DNA of 64,000 bases from Candidatus Omnitrophota bacterium (GCA_026387255.1 JAPLMA010000060.1:465-64464), one strand, 5' to 3'. Positions 1-10,564 are shown, numbered from the stretch's first letter. The notes: a model not told the origin generated them from the sequence alone. Made by a program: numbers and translations.

Positions 1-942
1 GTTATCGGTTTAGTTGGTTGCATGGCGCAAAATTATAAAGAACAAGCATTTCAACGTGATCCCCATATCAGCTTTGTGGTGGGGCCACAGGATATTCATA
101 AGCTTCCGGTAATTATTGAGAAAATTTTGGGAGATAATCTTTTCTCTGATAAAAATTTATTGGAACGTAAGATTTGGGAAACGGCGGGAGATTTGCGGCC
201 TGAAGAAATTTATCACATGGATTTCTATCAGGATAAAAATCATGCTCATGTCGTCATATCTGAAGGCTGCTCTAATTTTTGTTCTTATTGTGTTGTGCCA
301 TATGTGCGCGGCGCTTTACGCCATCGTAAACATAAAGACATATTAATTGAAATTCGGGAAGTGATTGCGCGGGGGGTAACTAAAGTTACTCTTTTGGGCC
401 AGAATGTCAATGCTTATCAGGATAGCCAGGTTAATTTTACTAAGCTGCTTGAGCAGGTTAACGCGTTGAGCGGGTTAAAAGAGTTTGATTTTTTTACTTC
501 TCATCCCAAAGATGCTGGCGTTGATTTCTTTAAAGCCATTCGGGATTTGGAAAAGTTAGTTAAGCGGCTGCATCTGCCTTTGCAATCAGGCTCAGACAAA
601 ATTCTAAAACTGATGAATCGGGGATACCAGGCAAAAGATTACTTGTCTTTAATCGATTCTTATCGTAAGATTGTTAAAAGCGGCCGGTTAACTACGGATA
701 TCATTGTGGGGTTTCCTACTGAAACCGATGCGGAGTTTAACCAAACTTATGCTTTGGTTAAAAAGGCTAGATTTAATGCTGCCTATATTTTTAAATATTC
801 CTCTCGGCCCGGTACTGAGGCGGCTAAAATTATTGATCCGCTTAAACAGGCGGAGTTAGAGCAGCGGCATAGAAAGATTCTGAACCTGCAAAGAAGTATT
901 TCCCAAGAGTTAAGGAGCAGCCAAGTAGATGCGAAAAAATAA
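1..942 (+). CDS. MiaB/RimO-family radical-SAM methylthiotransferase, C-terminal part (5' end lies outside the window)
   Basis: The frame is open from position 1. It contains the CSNFCSYCVVPYVRG radical-SAM cysteine motif followed by a TRAM-like tail, and it sits directly upstream of miaA. Confidence 0.7.
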   Translation, partial: VIGLVGCMAQNYKEQAFQRDPHISFVVGPQDIHKLPVIIEKILGDNLFSDKNLLERKIWETAGDLRPEEIYHMDFYQDKNHAHVVISEGCSNFCSYCVVPYVRGALRHRKHKDILIEIREVIARGVTKVTLLGQNVNAYQDSQVNFTKLLEQVNALSGLKEFDFFTSHPKDAGVDFFKAIRDLEKLVKRLHLPLQSGSDKILKLMNRGYQAKDYLSLIDSYRKIVKSGRLTTDIIVGFPTETDAEFNQTYALVKKARFNAAYIFKYSSRPGTEAAKIIDPLKQAELEQRHRKILNLQRSISQELRSSQVDAKK

Positions 943-1720
943 GTTCATTTTGGTATTCTGGTTTTTTTTAATTTTACCTAATTTTTGTTGGGCATTAGAC
1001 CTGGATATTTTAAAGACGGATTTTTTACAAGGTAATTATCGGCGCGTTATTTTTGAAGGCCAGGCTCAAGTTGACCGGATGCATTCGGGCAACGCGGATG
1101 AATTAAATTATATTTTAGGTTTAAGTTATTTTAAAGAATCTAAGCTAGATCTGGCGCAAGATTGTTTTCGGCGCGTCTTAAGTAATCCCAATAGTAAATT
1201 TAAACCAGAGGCAAGTTTAGCCCTGGCGGATACTTATTTAGTTGGCGGACAGCTTCAACAGGCAGAAGATCTCTATAACAAATTAATTACCGGTGATGCC
1301 AATAGTAGTCAAAAACCGGCGATCTGGTATCGCTTAAGCCAGCTGGAATCTAAACGGGGCGATCAGAAGAAAAGCAATGATTATTTATTTAAGCTTAAAA
1401 GAGATTTTCCGATGAGCTCGGAGTTAAGATTGACCAGAGGTATTGTTTTCGTTAATACTTCCGCGGTCGCCTGTGAGCCCTTAGTTAATGTTCAGGCAGG
1501 AGCCGGTGAATATTCTATACAGGTAGGATTTTTTACAAGTAGTCTTAATGCTAATAATTTCAAGAATACACTGCTCAGTAAAGATTATCCGGCCTACGTT
1601 GAAAGTTCCGGCACAGGTTATCGGGTTAAAGTAGGGAGATTCAAGTCACAAAAGGAAGCGCTAGCTTTAGAAAGTAAACTTTCCCAAGAGGGTTTTGCCA
1701 CCAAGGTCTGTCCGTTATAG
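929..1720 (+). CDS. Secreted TPR-like / SPOR-domain protein
   Basis: N-terminal hydrophobic signal-like segment. The C-terminal 80 aa (YSIQVGFF...YRVKVGRF...EALAL) resemble a SPOR peptidoglycan-binding repeat. Confidence 0.5.
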   Translation: MRKNKFILVFWFFLILPNFCWALDLDILKTDFLQGNYRRVIFEGQAQVDRMHSGNADELNYILGLSYFKESKLDLAQDCFRRVLSNPNSKFKPEASLALADTYLVGGQLQQAEDLYNKLITGDANSSQKPAIWYRLSQLESKRGDQKKSNDYLFKLKRDFPMSSELRLTRGIVFVNTSAVACEPLVNVQAGAGEYSIQVGFFTSSLNANNFKNTLLSKDYPAYVESSGTGYRVKVGRFKSQKEALALESKLSQEGFATKVCPL

Positions 1721-1723
1721 TTT

Positions 1724-2644
1724 ATGTTAAAAAAGAAGATAATTTTTCTCCTTGGGCCTACCGGTGTAGGTAAATCTGCAGTGGCAATCAGCCTGGCTAA
1801 GAAGATCAATGCCCAGATTATCTCTTGTGATTCCATGCAGGTATATCGCTCGATGGATATTCTTACTTCCAAGGTAACTTTTGGACAAAGAAAAAAAGTT
1901 AAGCACCATCTTATAGGCGTGATTAATCCAGAGCAGGAATATAATGTGGCTAAGTATCGCCAGGAGGCATTAGCAATTTGCGATAAACTGTTTAGAAAAG
2001 GTAAAATACCGTTATTTGTAGGAGGTAGCGGGCTTTATTATTCAATGATTGTTGATGGGTTATTTCCGGCAGTGCCGCAAGATAAATTAATTCGCCTAAA
2101 GTTAGAAAAACAGCTTAAGCTAAAGGGGAACAAATATCTTTATCGTTTGTTAACTAAGGTAGATAGCGCTGCGGCTGCCAAAATTCATCCCCATGATGCC
2201 AGAAGGATTATCCGTGCTCTGGAGGTGTACTTAAAAACAGGTACGCGTATTTCCCAATTACAGAAAAATAGGGTTGGTTTGGGGAAGGAGTATGCGGTAA
2301 AGATTTTTGGATTAAATTCAAAAAGACAGTCTCTCTATGATGCAATTGATCAAAGGGTTGATAAAATGTTTAACCGAGGCTTAATCAATGAAGTAAAGCG
2401 TTTGATTAAACATAAATTAAGCCGGACGGCTAAATGTGCTATAGGAATCGGCGAGTTAAAGGGGTATTTTGCCGGAGAATATTCTTTAGCGGAGGCTAAA
2501 CGCCTTATGCAGTGCAATAGCCGGCATTATGCTAAACGCCAACTGACTTGGTTTAGAAAAGACAAACGTATCCAATGGATCAATATTAATAAAATGGAAA
2601 CACCTTCACAATTAGCTCTCAAACTGTGGAAAAAGCTCTCTTAA
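1724..2644 (+). CDS. miaA: tRNA dimethylallyltransferase
   Basis: GPTGVGKS P-loop, IISCDSMQVYR and other MiaA-typical motifs; about 306 aa. Confidence 0.9.
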   Translation: MLKKKIIFLLGPTGVGKSAVAISLAKKINAQIISCDSMQVYRSMDILTSKVTFGQRKKVKHHLIGVINPEQEYNVAKYRQEALAICDKLFRKGKIPLFVGGSGLYYSMIVDGLFPAVPQDKLIRLKLEKQLKLKGNKYLYRLLTKVDSAAAAKIHPHDARRIIRALEVYLKTGTRISQLQKNRVGLGKEYAVKIFGLNSKRQSLYDAIDQRVDKMFNRGLINEVKRLIKHKLSRTAKCAIGIGELKGYFAGEYSLAEAKRLMQCNSRHYAKRQLTWFRKDKRIQWININKMETPSQLALKLWKKLS

Positions 2645-3885
2645 TCAGTATTGTCTTGAAAACGGATAAACATCACTGGCGCATCGAAGATATCTCTTCG
2701 GAGTTAGAGGAGTTGGCGGTATCCGCTTGCGTGGAAGTGGTGGAAAATGTGGTCTGTATTTGTGACCGGGCTACCTCTAATTATCTTATTGGCCGGGGTA
2801 AGGTTGAGGAGATTAGTTTTATCGCTAACCAAGCAGGTGTGGATACAGTAATTTTTAGTCATGATTTAAGTGGCACACAGCAACGTAACCTGGAAGGGGC
2901 TTTAGGCAAAAAAACGATTGATCGTACACAATTAATCCTGGATATATTTTCTCGGCGCGCCAGGAGCCCGGAAGGTAAGATGCAGGTGGAATTGGCTTTG
3001 TTGCAGTATTTATTGCCGCGTCTGACAGGTAAGGGAATAATGCTTTCCGGTTTAGGAGGTGGTATCGGTACGCGTGGCCCTGGGGAAACTAAGTTAGAGA
3101 TGGATCGGCGCCAAATTAGAAGAAAAATCGATAAGTTAAGGGAAGATTTAAGAATATTTCGTCTGCACCGTTTAACGATGAGCAAAAAAAGAAAGGGTAA
3201 TAATTTACCGGTAGTGGCTCTGGTCGGGTATACTAGCGCCGGAAAATCTACGCTCTTAAACCTTTTAACTGCATCAACTCAGATTGTTTCAGAAAAACTG
3301 TTTACTACCTTAGATCCGCTTTCTAAAAGCTTATGCCTTCCTAATGGACAAAATATTATTCTCTCTGATACCGTTGGATTTTTACACGACCTTCCGCATC
3401 ATCTCATCGAAGCCTTTAAGGCCACCTTGGAAGAAGTGATTGATGCGGACTTATTGATTCATGTTTTAGATGTCGCTGATCAGCGCTTAGTTGGGCATAA
3501 TCAAGCCGTACTTAGCGTCTTAGGGGAGTTAGGGGCACTGGATAAGCCGATCTTGGTAGCCTTAAATAAAATTGATTTGGTTACTGACCGTAGCTGGCTG
3601 GAAATCTCCAAAAAAGAATTTCCCAATTCTATTTATATATCCGCTAAAACCGGGGAAAATTTAGACGCTTTAATTGCCGAAATAACCGATTATTTTTCCA
3701 ATCTGATGTTAAGTTTAAAGATTGTAATACCGCATAGCCGTATGGAGTTAGTGGATTTCTTTTATCGGCAGGCTAAAGTAAAGAAGATTGATTATTTACA
3801 GAGCGGGATTAACATTAATTTGGATATTTCCCGGGATCTTTTTAGTAGAATTGAGAATGATAAGGATATAAAAATTATCCGTTAG
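2626..3885 (+). CDS. hflX: GTPase HflX
   Basis: HflX N-domain followed by a G-domain (GYTSAGKSTLLN, DTVGF, NKID). GTG start overlapping the miaA end. Confidence 0.85.
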   Translation: MEKALLISIVLKTDKHHWRIEDISSELEELAVSACVEVVENVVCICDRATSNYLIGRGKVEEISFIANQAGVDTVIFSHDLSGTQQRNLEGALGKKTIDRTQLILDIFSRRARSPEGKMQVELALLQYLLPRLTGKGIMLSGLGGGIGTRGPGETKLEMDRRQIRRKIDKLREDLRIFRLHRLTMSKKRKGNNLPVVALVGYTSAGKSTLLNLLTASTQIVSEKLFTTLDPLSKSLCLPNGQNIILSDTVGFLHDLPHHLIEAFKATLEEVIDADLLIHVLDVADQRLVGHNQAVLSVLGELGALDKPILVALNKIDLVTDRSWLEISKKEFPNSIYISAKTGENLDALIAEITDYFSNLMLSLKIVIPHSRMELVDFFYRQAKVKKIDYLQSGININLDISRDLFSRIENDKDIKIIR

Positions 3886-3912
3886 TTTACCTAACAAAAA
3901 TAATTATTTTAC

Positions 3913-3941
3913 TTGACAAGTTAAAATAGACATGCTAGAGT
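3913..3941 (+). promoter_or_regulatory. Sigma70-like promoter (TTGACA, 17 nt, TGc-TAGAGT) upstream of the HspR-like gene
   Basis: -35 TTGACA at 3913-3918 and an extended -10 tgcTAGAGT at 3933-3941, read directly. A GGAGG RBS lies 6 nt before the ATG at 3963. Confidence 0.5.
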
Positions 3942-3962
3942 TTATTTACCTGGAGGATAGGG

Positions 3963-4220
3963 ATGCCTGTATTTAGCTTTAAGATTGCACCTGAAGAACC
4001 AGTTTATGTTATTAGCGTAGTTTGTAAATTGGTAAATATTCCGATTTGGACTTTGCGGCAGTTAGATAAAGCCGGAGTGGTTCGACCTAAACGCCTAGGC
4101 AAGAAGAGCCGCTTTTATTCACTGAAAGATTTAAAAAGGCTAGAGTATGTGCATTATCTGATGGAAGAAAAGCGGGTTAATATTCACGGATTAAAAATTA
4201 TTTTAGGAAACCAAGAGTAG
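3963..4220 (+). CDS. MerR-family HTH regulator, HspR-like
   Basis: 85-aa MerR-type HTH sitting directly 5' of hrcA-grpE-dnaK-dnaJ, which is the usual position of HspR. Confidence 0.55.
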   Translation: MPVFSFKIAPEEPVYVISVVCKLVNIPIWTLRQLDKAGVVRPKRLGKKSRFYSLKDLKRLEYVHYLMEEKRVNIHGLKIILGNQE

Positions 4221-4237
4221 ATTTTTTTAACCACAAG

Positions 4238-4264
4238 TTAGCACTCTGATGATTTAAGTGCTAA
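4238..4264 (+). promoter_or_regulatory. CIRCE operator (HrcA binding site)
   Basis: TTAGCACTC-N9-AAGTGCTAA, a near-perfect match to the CIRCE consensus TTAGCACTC-N9-GAGTGCTAA, located just 5' of the hrcA promoter. Confidence 0.85.
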
Positions 4265-4269
4265 TTTTA

Positions 4270-4297
4270 TTGACAAAATAGTAGAATATGTTAAAAT
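4270..4297 (+). promoter_or_regulatory. Putative sigma70 promoter of hrcA operon (TTGACA, 16 nt, TAAAAT)
   Basis: Hexamers read from the sequence; it abuts CIRCE. Confidence 0.4.
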
Positions 4298-4343
4298 TAC
4301 AGCTTAGCTTAAGTAGTAAAAAAATCAATCAGGAGACAAAAGA

Positions 4344-5078
4344 GTGCGGACCGTGGATTATAATTCTCGCAGAAAGCAGGTTCTGAATTCGGCGATCAAC
4401 CGTTATATTAAGCATGCGCTTCCGGTGGCTTCAGATGATATTGCCGAAGAGTTTGATTTAAGTTCGGCAACGATTAGGAATATATTTTCTGAACTTGATG
4501 AATTCGGGTACTTAAAACATCCCCATACCTCAGGTGGAAGAGTGCCTACGGATAAAGGGTACCGCTATTATGTGGATTTCCTCATTCAGCAAATTGAACT
4601 TTTGGATAAAGAGAAGCAGTGCATTCTTAAGGACTGCAAAAGAAAATTAAGCCGTCTTGATGATACTCTGGAGAATACATCTGAGGTTATCTCTGAAATT
4701 ACGCATTATGCTGGCATTGTTTCATTCTTACAGTGGCAGGATAAGATATTTTATAAAGGTATTAGTCGCATACTTGATCAGCCGGAGTTTAAGGATGCGG
4801 ATAAGATACGTTTATTAGTTAGGTTGATGGAGGATAAAAGCAAACTCTTAGATATTATTAATCGGGATTTTTCTGGCAAGGTGAAGGTTTATATCGGAAG
4901 CGAATTGGGTTTTCCGGAAATGGAAAATTGCTCTTTAATCGTTTCTAGTTTTAAGTTAAAAAAACAACCTTCGGGTAGGTTGGCCGTATTAGGGCCAATG
5001 CGTATGGAGTATGATCATATTATTCCGACTATGGAATATATCTCTGAAGTTTTGAATCAAATTTTGGAAGATTTTTAG
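4344..5078 (+). CDS. hrcA: Heat-inducible transcription repressor HrcA (short form)
   Basis: GTG start with an AGGAGA RBS. N-terminal winged-helix HrcA signature, CIRCE upstream and grpE downstream. Confidence 0.8.
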   Translation: MRTVDYNSRRKQVLNSAINRYIKHALPVASDDIAEEFDLSSATIRNIFSELDEFGYLKHPHTSGGRVPTDKGYRYYVDFLIQQIELLDKEKQCILKDCKRKLSRLDDTLENTSEVISEITHYAGIVSFLQWQDKIFYKGISRILDQPEFKDADKIRLLVRLMEDKSKLLDIINRDFSGKVKVYIGSELGFPEMENCSLIVSSFKLKKQPSGRLAVLGPMRMEYDHIIPTMEYISEVLNQILEDF

Positions 5079-5096
5079 CATAATCTTTAAGATATT

Positions 5097-5678
5097 ATGG
5101 AAGAAGATAAAAATAACCAGAAAAATACAGAAGAGCTTGAAAAAAAATCCGCCGCAGGCGGATCCGCCTCCGGCGGAAAAGAGGATACGGTTGTTACTTT
5201 AAAGCAAGCAGAGTATTTGGGGCTCTTGGAGGAGATTAAAAAAGGCAAAGCTGGTTGGGATAAGATGTTGCGGAATCAGGCGGATCTTGAAAATACCCGT
5301 AAGCGCCTGGAGCGGGAAAAGCAGGAGTTTATAAAATTTGCTAATGAAGGGCTGATCTTTGATTTGCTTAATGTGCTGGATGATTTGGAGCGTACTGTGG
5401 ATTTGGCAGAATCAAGCCAAGAAAATCTGGCTGCTTTCTTAAAGGGTATCGAAATGATTCTGGCGCATTTATACGAAATGTTAAAGAATCACGGAGTTAA
5501 GCCAATTGAGGCTGAAGGAAAAATATTTGACCCGAATTTTCATGAGGCTTTGATGCAGGTAGAGAATAAGGAGTTACCGGAACATACAATCATTGAGGTA
5601 TTGCAAAAAGGATATCTAATCCACGGGCGGGTACTTAGAACTGCTAAGGTAAAGGTGTCAAAGCAAGGCGCGAAATAA
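5097..5678 (+). CDS. grpE: Nucleotide exchange factor GrpE
   Basis: GrpE coiled-coil plus C-terminal beta domain; canonical position before dnaK. Confidence 0.9.
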   Translation: MEEDKNNQKNTEELEKKSAAGGSASGGKEDTVVTLKQAEYLGLLEEIKKGKAGWDKMLRNQADLENTRKRLEREKQEFIKFANEGLIFDLLNVLDDLERTVDLAESSQENLAAFLKGIEMILAHLYEMLKNHGVKPIEAEGKIFDPNFHEALMQVENKELPEHTIIEVLQKGYLIHGRVLRTAKVKVSKQGAK

Positions 5679-5713
5679 TTAAAAACTGACAACTAATTTT
5701 ATGGAGGTGACAC

Positions 5714-7633
5714 ATGGCAAAAGTAATTGGGATTGATTTAGGTACATCTAACTCGGCGGCTGCGGTTATGGAAGGCGGCAGGCCGGTGATTATTCCTTCA
5801 GCTGAAGGGGCGGGGGTTGCCTCGGGGAAAGCATTTCCATCTTATGTAGCTTTTACTAAAGATGGACAGCGCCTAGTAGGTGAACCGGCAAGGCGGCAGG
5901 CAGCGATTAATGCCGAAGGCACGATTCAAGCCGCTAAACGTAAGATGGGCACGGATTTTAAATTTAAAGCTTACGGTAAAGATTATACTCCACAGCAGAT
6001 TTCCGCGTTTATCTTGCAGAAAATAAAACAGGATGCCGAGTCTTATTTGGGAGATAAAGTGGAGGATGTAGTAATTACCTGTCCGGCGTATTTCAATGAT
6101 AATCAACGCCAGGCAACCAAAGATGCCGGGGAAATCGCGGGCTTAAAAGTTTTGCGTATTATTAATGAGCCTACGGCTGCTTGTCTGGCTTACGGTTTAG
6201 AGAAGGCAGATAAAGAACAAAGGATTATGGTTTTTGATTTAGGCGGCGGCACTCTGGATGTTACGATTATGGAGATGGCTCAGGGGGTATTCCATGTGCA
6301 GGCAACCAGCGGTGATACACAACTGGGCGGAACAGATATGGATCGGGTTTTATTGGAATATATTGTCGGGCAATTTAAACGTGAAACCGGTATTGATTTA
6401 ATGAATGATAAAATGGCTGTGCAAAGAGTACGCGAAGGAGCGGAAAAGGCCAAGATTGAGTTATCTTCTACGGTGAGTACGGATATTAATTTGCCTTTTA
6501 TTACTGCTGATGCTACCGGCCCTAAGCATTTAACGATGACGATTACCCGGGCCAAGCTGGAGGATCTCGTCGGGCCGATTATTGACCGTTGCCGTCATCC
6601 TATGGAGCAGGCATTAAACGATGCTAAGCTGACCTCTAAAGAAGTTGATCGGATTATTATGGTCGGCGGGCCTACGCGTATGCCGATTGTGCAAAAATTT
6701 GTTGAAGATTATGTCGGTAAGAAAATTGAACGTGGAGTTGATCCGATGGAATGTGTGGCTTTAGGAGCGGCAGTTCAGGCGGCGATTATTACCGGAGATG
6801 TCAAAGATGTGCTGCTTTTGGATGTTACTCCGCTTTCTTTAGGTATTGAAACTTTAGGCGGAGTGAATACGAAATTAATTGAAAGAAACGCTTCTATTCC
6901 TACTCAAAAAAGCCAGATATTTTCAACGGCGGCAGATAACCAAACTGCGGTTACTATTCGGGTTTTGCAAGGTGAGCGACCGTTGGCGGATGATAATGTG
7001 GAATTAGGAAGATTTGATTTGGTAGGGATTCCTGCTGCTACGCGTGGTGTGCCACAGATCGAAGTAAAATTTGATATTGATCGTGATGGAATTGTGCATG
7101 TTTCAGCTAAGGATCTGGGTACTGGCAAAGAACAGTCTATCCGCATCAGCGCTCCTAAAAAGTTATCCAAAGAAGAGATCGATAAGATGGTTAAGGATGC
7201 GGAAAAATTCGCCGCCGATGACGCGAAAAAGAGAGAAGAAATCGAGATGATCAATCAGGCGGATAACCTAATTTATGCTACTGAAAAATCATTGAAGGAT
7301 TACGGAGATAAGGTTAGCCAGACTGAGCGTGCGGATATTGAGGCAAAAGCCAATGATTTAAAGAGCGCGGTTAAAGAGAAGAATATTGAGAGAATTAAAA
7401 AGGGGATGGAAGAATTGACTAAAGTTTCCCATAAGCTTGCTGAAGAGATTTATAAGCAGGCAGCTGCCAAGCAGCAAAAGTCGCAAGAGGGCCAAGCTAC
7501 TCCTGGTGGCCAGCAAAATGCTGCCGAAGAGCCGCAAGAGAAATCCGCCGCAGACGGATCTGCCTCCGGTGGTAAAGACGAGGATATTATTGACGCTGAG
7601 TATAAGGAAGAGGATCAAAACGGTAAGAAATAA
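5714..7633 (+). CDS. dnaK: Chaperone DnaK (Hsp70)
   Basis: [10 protein letters not shown] and DLGGGTLD, both signature Hsp70 motifs, are present. 639 aa. Confidence 0.97.
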   Translation: MAKVIGIDLGTSNSAAAVMEGGRPVIIPSAEGAGVASGKAFPSYVAFTKDGQRLVGEPARRQAAINAEGTIQAAKRKMGTDFKFKAYGKDYTPQQISAFILQKIKQDAESYLGDKVEDVVITCPAYFNDNQRQATKDAGEIAGLKVLRIINEPTAACLAYGLEKADKEQRIMVFDLGGGTLDVTIMEMAQGVFHVQATSGDTQLGGTDMDRVLLEYIVGQFKRETGIDLMNDKMAVQRVREGAEKAKIELSSTVSTDINLPFITADATGPKHLTMTITRAKLEDLVGPIIDRCRHPMEQALNDAKLTSKEVDRIIMVGGPTRMPIVQKFVEDYVGKKIERGVDPMECVALGAAVQAAIITGDVKDVLLLDVTPLSLGIETLGGVNTKLIERNASIPTQKSQIFSTAADNQTAVTIRVLQGERPLADDNVELGRFDLVGIPAATRGVPQIEVKFDIDRDGIVHVSAKDLGTGKEQSIRISAPKKLSKEEIDKMVKDAEKFAADDAKKREEIEMINQADNLIYATEKSLKDYGDKVSQTERADIEAKANDLKSAVKEKNIERIKKGMEELTKVSHKLAEEIYKQAAAKQQKSQEGQATPGGQQNAAEEPQEKSAADGSASGGKDEDIIDAEYKEEDQNGKK

Positions 7634-7635
7634 AG

Positions 7636-8799
7636 ATGTCTATTAAAGGTGATTATTACCAAATTTTAGGAATTCCTAAGACTGCTAGTCCGGATGAAAT
7701 TAAAAGGGCCTATCGCGAGATGGCGCTTAAATTTCATCCGGACCGCGTGCCGGCGGAAGAAAAGAAAGCCGCGGAGGAGAAATTTAAGGGAATTTCTGAA
7801 GCATATGCTGTGCTTTCGGATTCTGCTAAGCGTGATCTCTATAATCAATACGGACATTCCGGTATTGACCAGAAATACGCCCAAGAAGATATTTTTAAGG
7901 GTGCTGATTTTAGTAGTATTTTCAGAGAAATGGGTGGTGGATCTGGAGGCTCCGGGAGTATTTTTGAGGAGCTATTCGGTGATATGGGGTTTGATATCTC
8001 TGGATCAAGGCAGTCCAGATCGCAATCTGCCCGGCGGCGCGGCAGGGATTTACAGATTGCGATTGAAATTTCCTTGGAAGAAGCAGCTGTAGGCGTAGAA
8101 AAGATTATTACTGTGCCACGCTATGAAACCTGTACAGTTTGTTCAGGTAGTGGCGCTAAACCCGGCTCTAAGCGGACGGTTTGTTCACAATGTAAAGGAG
8201 CAGGTAAAACAGTAGTTTCAAATGGTTTTTTCCAAATGGCTCAAACCTGTTCGCGCTGTAGCGGTGAGGGCTCAATTATTCAAACTGCCTGTGCGGATTG
8301 CCGGGGAGAAGGCAGAGTTAAAGTTACTAAAAAGATAAAAGTTAAGATACCCGCCGGAGTTGATAATGGCTCTCAACTACGCGTACGCGCAGAAGGCGAA
8401 GCGGGATTAAATAGCCGGGGAGATTTATATGTAGTGATAGAGGTTAGAGAGCATGCGATTTTCCAACGGCATCATAATGATATTGCTACAGCGGTGAATA
8501 TAAGTTTGGCCAAAGCTATTCTGGGTGGCGAGGTTGAGGTTCCGGCTTTAGACGGAAAATTAATGATGAAGATACCCGCGGGTACTCAATGTGGAAAAAC
8601 TTTCCGTCTTAATGGTAAAGGTATACCGGACTTACATTCTCGGGATATGGGTGATGAATTAGTCAAAGTTGATATCCAAATTCCTACCAGGTTGACTGCG
8701 CAACAGAGGCAATTGATAGAGGAGTTTGCCCGCTTAAACGGTGAAAATTTAGGAGCTAAGGAAAACTTTACGGATAAGTTTAAGAAAACATTTCGCTAA
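7636..8799 (+). CDS. dnaJ: Chaperone DnaJ
   Basis: J-domain with HPD, a G/F-rich region, four CxxCxGxG zinc-finger repeats and a C-terminal domain. Confidence 0.95.
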   Translation: MSIKGDYYQILGIPKTASPDEIKRAYREMALKFHPDRVPAEEKKAAEEKFKGISEAYAVLSDSAKRDLYNQYGHSGIDQKYAQEDIFKGADFSSIFREMGGGSGGSGSIFEELFGDMGFDISGSRQSRSQSARRRGRDLQIAIEISLEEAAVGVEKIITVPRYETCTVCSGSGAKPGSKRTVCSQCKGAGKTVVSNGFFQMAQTCSRCSGEGSIIQTACADCRGEGRVKVTKKIKVKIPAGVDNGSQLRVRAEGEAGLNSRGDLYVVIEVREHAIFQRHHNDIATAVNISLAKAILGGEVEVPALDGKLMMKIPAGTQCGKTFRLNGKGIPDLHSRDMGDELVKVDIQIPTRLTAQQRQLIEEFARLNGENLGAKENFTDKFKKTFR

Positions 8800-8940
8800 T
8801 GTCATTCCTATCCTCGATTAGTACATTTAAGGGCAGGTTTTATTGATACAAATTGTCATCCTCGCGGAAGCGGGGATCTAAAAGAAATAGATTAACGTTT
8901 TCACGGGAATGACGAATATGCGCGGAGAAAAAAGGAAAAT

Positions 8941-9204
8941 ATGCCTACTTATGAATATGAATGCTTAGCTTGTAAAAATAAATTTGAAATTTTACAGAGT
9001 ATAACCTCTCGGCCTAAAATTAAGTGCCCGAAATGCGGTAAGAAGTTAAAAAAGTTAATTAGTAGCACGGGGGGTTTTATTTTTAAGGGAAAAGGTTTTT
9101 ACGCTACAGATTATAAGAAAACAGATAAATCCGTAAATAGTTCTTCGCAGGCCGCTTGTTCTAAGGCTAATGCGGGATGTGCGGGTTGCCCAGCTCACAA
9201 GTAA
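8941..9204 (+). CDS. FmdB-family zinc-ribbon protein
   Basis: MPTYEYEC..C...CPKCG pattern typical of the FmdB putative regulatory zinc ribbon. Confidence 0.6.
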   Translation: MPTYEYECLACKNKFEILQSITSRPKIKCPKCGKKLKKLISSTGGFIFKGKGFYATDYKKTDKSVNSSSQAACSKANAGCAGCPAHK

Positions 9205-9272
9205 ACCCCATTAGAAGTGGCGTACCGCGCCGCGGGATTTCTAACGGGGTAAATAAAGATGTTTTTAATTTT

Positions 9273-10562
9273 ATGAGCAAAACCAAGGCTTTTAAGGCAG
9301 TAGTTTATAATGCAAAGATTATTGGGGATTTTAACCAAGTGGTTTGCCCGCCTTATGATGTGATTTCCTCTCAGGCTCAAGATATGCTGCACGAGCGCTC
9401 AATGCATAATTTCATTCATATACTTTTAGCTAAGGATTCTCCTTTAGATGATAAATATCATAGGGCAGGAGCAATATTTAGCAGTTGGCTTCAGGAGAGA
9501 GTGTTTATTCAGGATGAGCAGCCAGCTGTATATTTTTATAGTCAGCAATATATTATTCGGGGTGAGAAAAAAACACGTTTAGGATTTATCTCTTTGCTGA
9601 GGTTGGGGGATGAAAAAAGTTCAGCTGTTTTTGGACATGAAAACACGCATCAAGCCGCAAAGCTGGATAGGTTTAAGCTTCTTAAACAGGTAAAAGCTAA
9701 TCTTAGCACAATCTTTATAATTATTCTGGATAAAAATCGAATTATTCAACGCATCTTTCAGAGGCAGCTTGGCGAACAGAAGCCTTTTATTGAAGTTATC
9801 GATGATGAAAAGACCGTGCATAAATTATGGCGCCTGAATGATCCGGCCATTCTTAAGACAATTGAATCTAGTATGAATTCTGAAGATATGTTTATTGCCG
9901 ACGGACATCATCGTTATGAGGTTTCCTGCGCCTATCGGGATCTGGAGCGTGAGAAACTCAAGGGCGATTTTACCGGCGAAGAAGATTTTAATTATTGCTT
10001 AGCATATTTTACTAATACGGATTATCGGGGGCTGTCTATTTTACCTATTCACCGACTACTTAAATTAGATGCGCGTCTGGATTTAAATGATTTTATGGCC
10101 AAGTGTAAAGAGTATTTTGATATCGACCAGCTAAAAGACCGAACACGTTTTTTCTTCTTACTGGAAAAAGCCGGTTGCTCAGAGCATCTGTTGGGGTTAT
10201 ATGTAGATAAAAAATATTTCCTTTTACGCTTAAAGAATGTCAAAATGTTAGATAAGCTAATTGTGGATAAACCTAAAGAGTATCGCTCACTTGACGTGGC
10301 GATTCTTAATTACCTGGTATTTAAAAATATTCTTAAACTTGATTTAAATGACTCAACGGCTATAAAATATAGCCCGGATCCCTATGCATTAATAGATGAA
10401 GTTGATACGGATCCTTTAAATGTTGCCTTTTTCTTAAATCCGGTTAAAATCCAACAGATTATCGATATTGCTACTAGTGGCAATAAAATGCCTCCTAAAT
10501 CCACCTATTTTTATCCTAAGGTGCTTTCAGGACTCTTGGTGAATAAGTTTGAAAAGGAATAA
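9273..10562 (+). CDS. DUF1015-family protein
   Basis: ADGHHRYE motif and overall length match DUF1015. ATG at 9273 chosen in frame of ORF 9177..10562. Confidence 0.55.
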   Translation: MSKTKAFKAVVYNAKIIGDFNQVVCPPYDVISSQAQDMLHERSMHNFIHILLAKDSPLDDKYHRAGAIFSSWLQERVFIQDEQPAVYFYSQQYIIRGEKKTRLGFISLLRLGDEKSSAVFGHENTHQAAKLDRFKLLKQVKANLSTIFIIILDKNRIIQRIFQRQLGEQKPFIEVIDDEKTVHKLWRLNDPAILKTIESSMNSEDMFIADGHHRYEVSCAYRDLEREKLKGDFTGEEDFNYCLAYFTNTDYRGLSILPIHRLLKLDARLDLNDFMAKCKEYFDIDQLKDRTRFFFLLEKAGCSEHLLGLYVDKKYFLLRLKNVKMLDKLIVDKPKEYRSLDVAILNYLVFKNILKLDLNDSTAIKYSPDPYALIDEVDTDPLNVAFFLNPVKIQQIIDIATSGNKMPPKSTYFYPKVLSGLLVNKFEKE

Positions 10563-10564
10563 GC

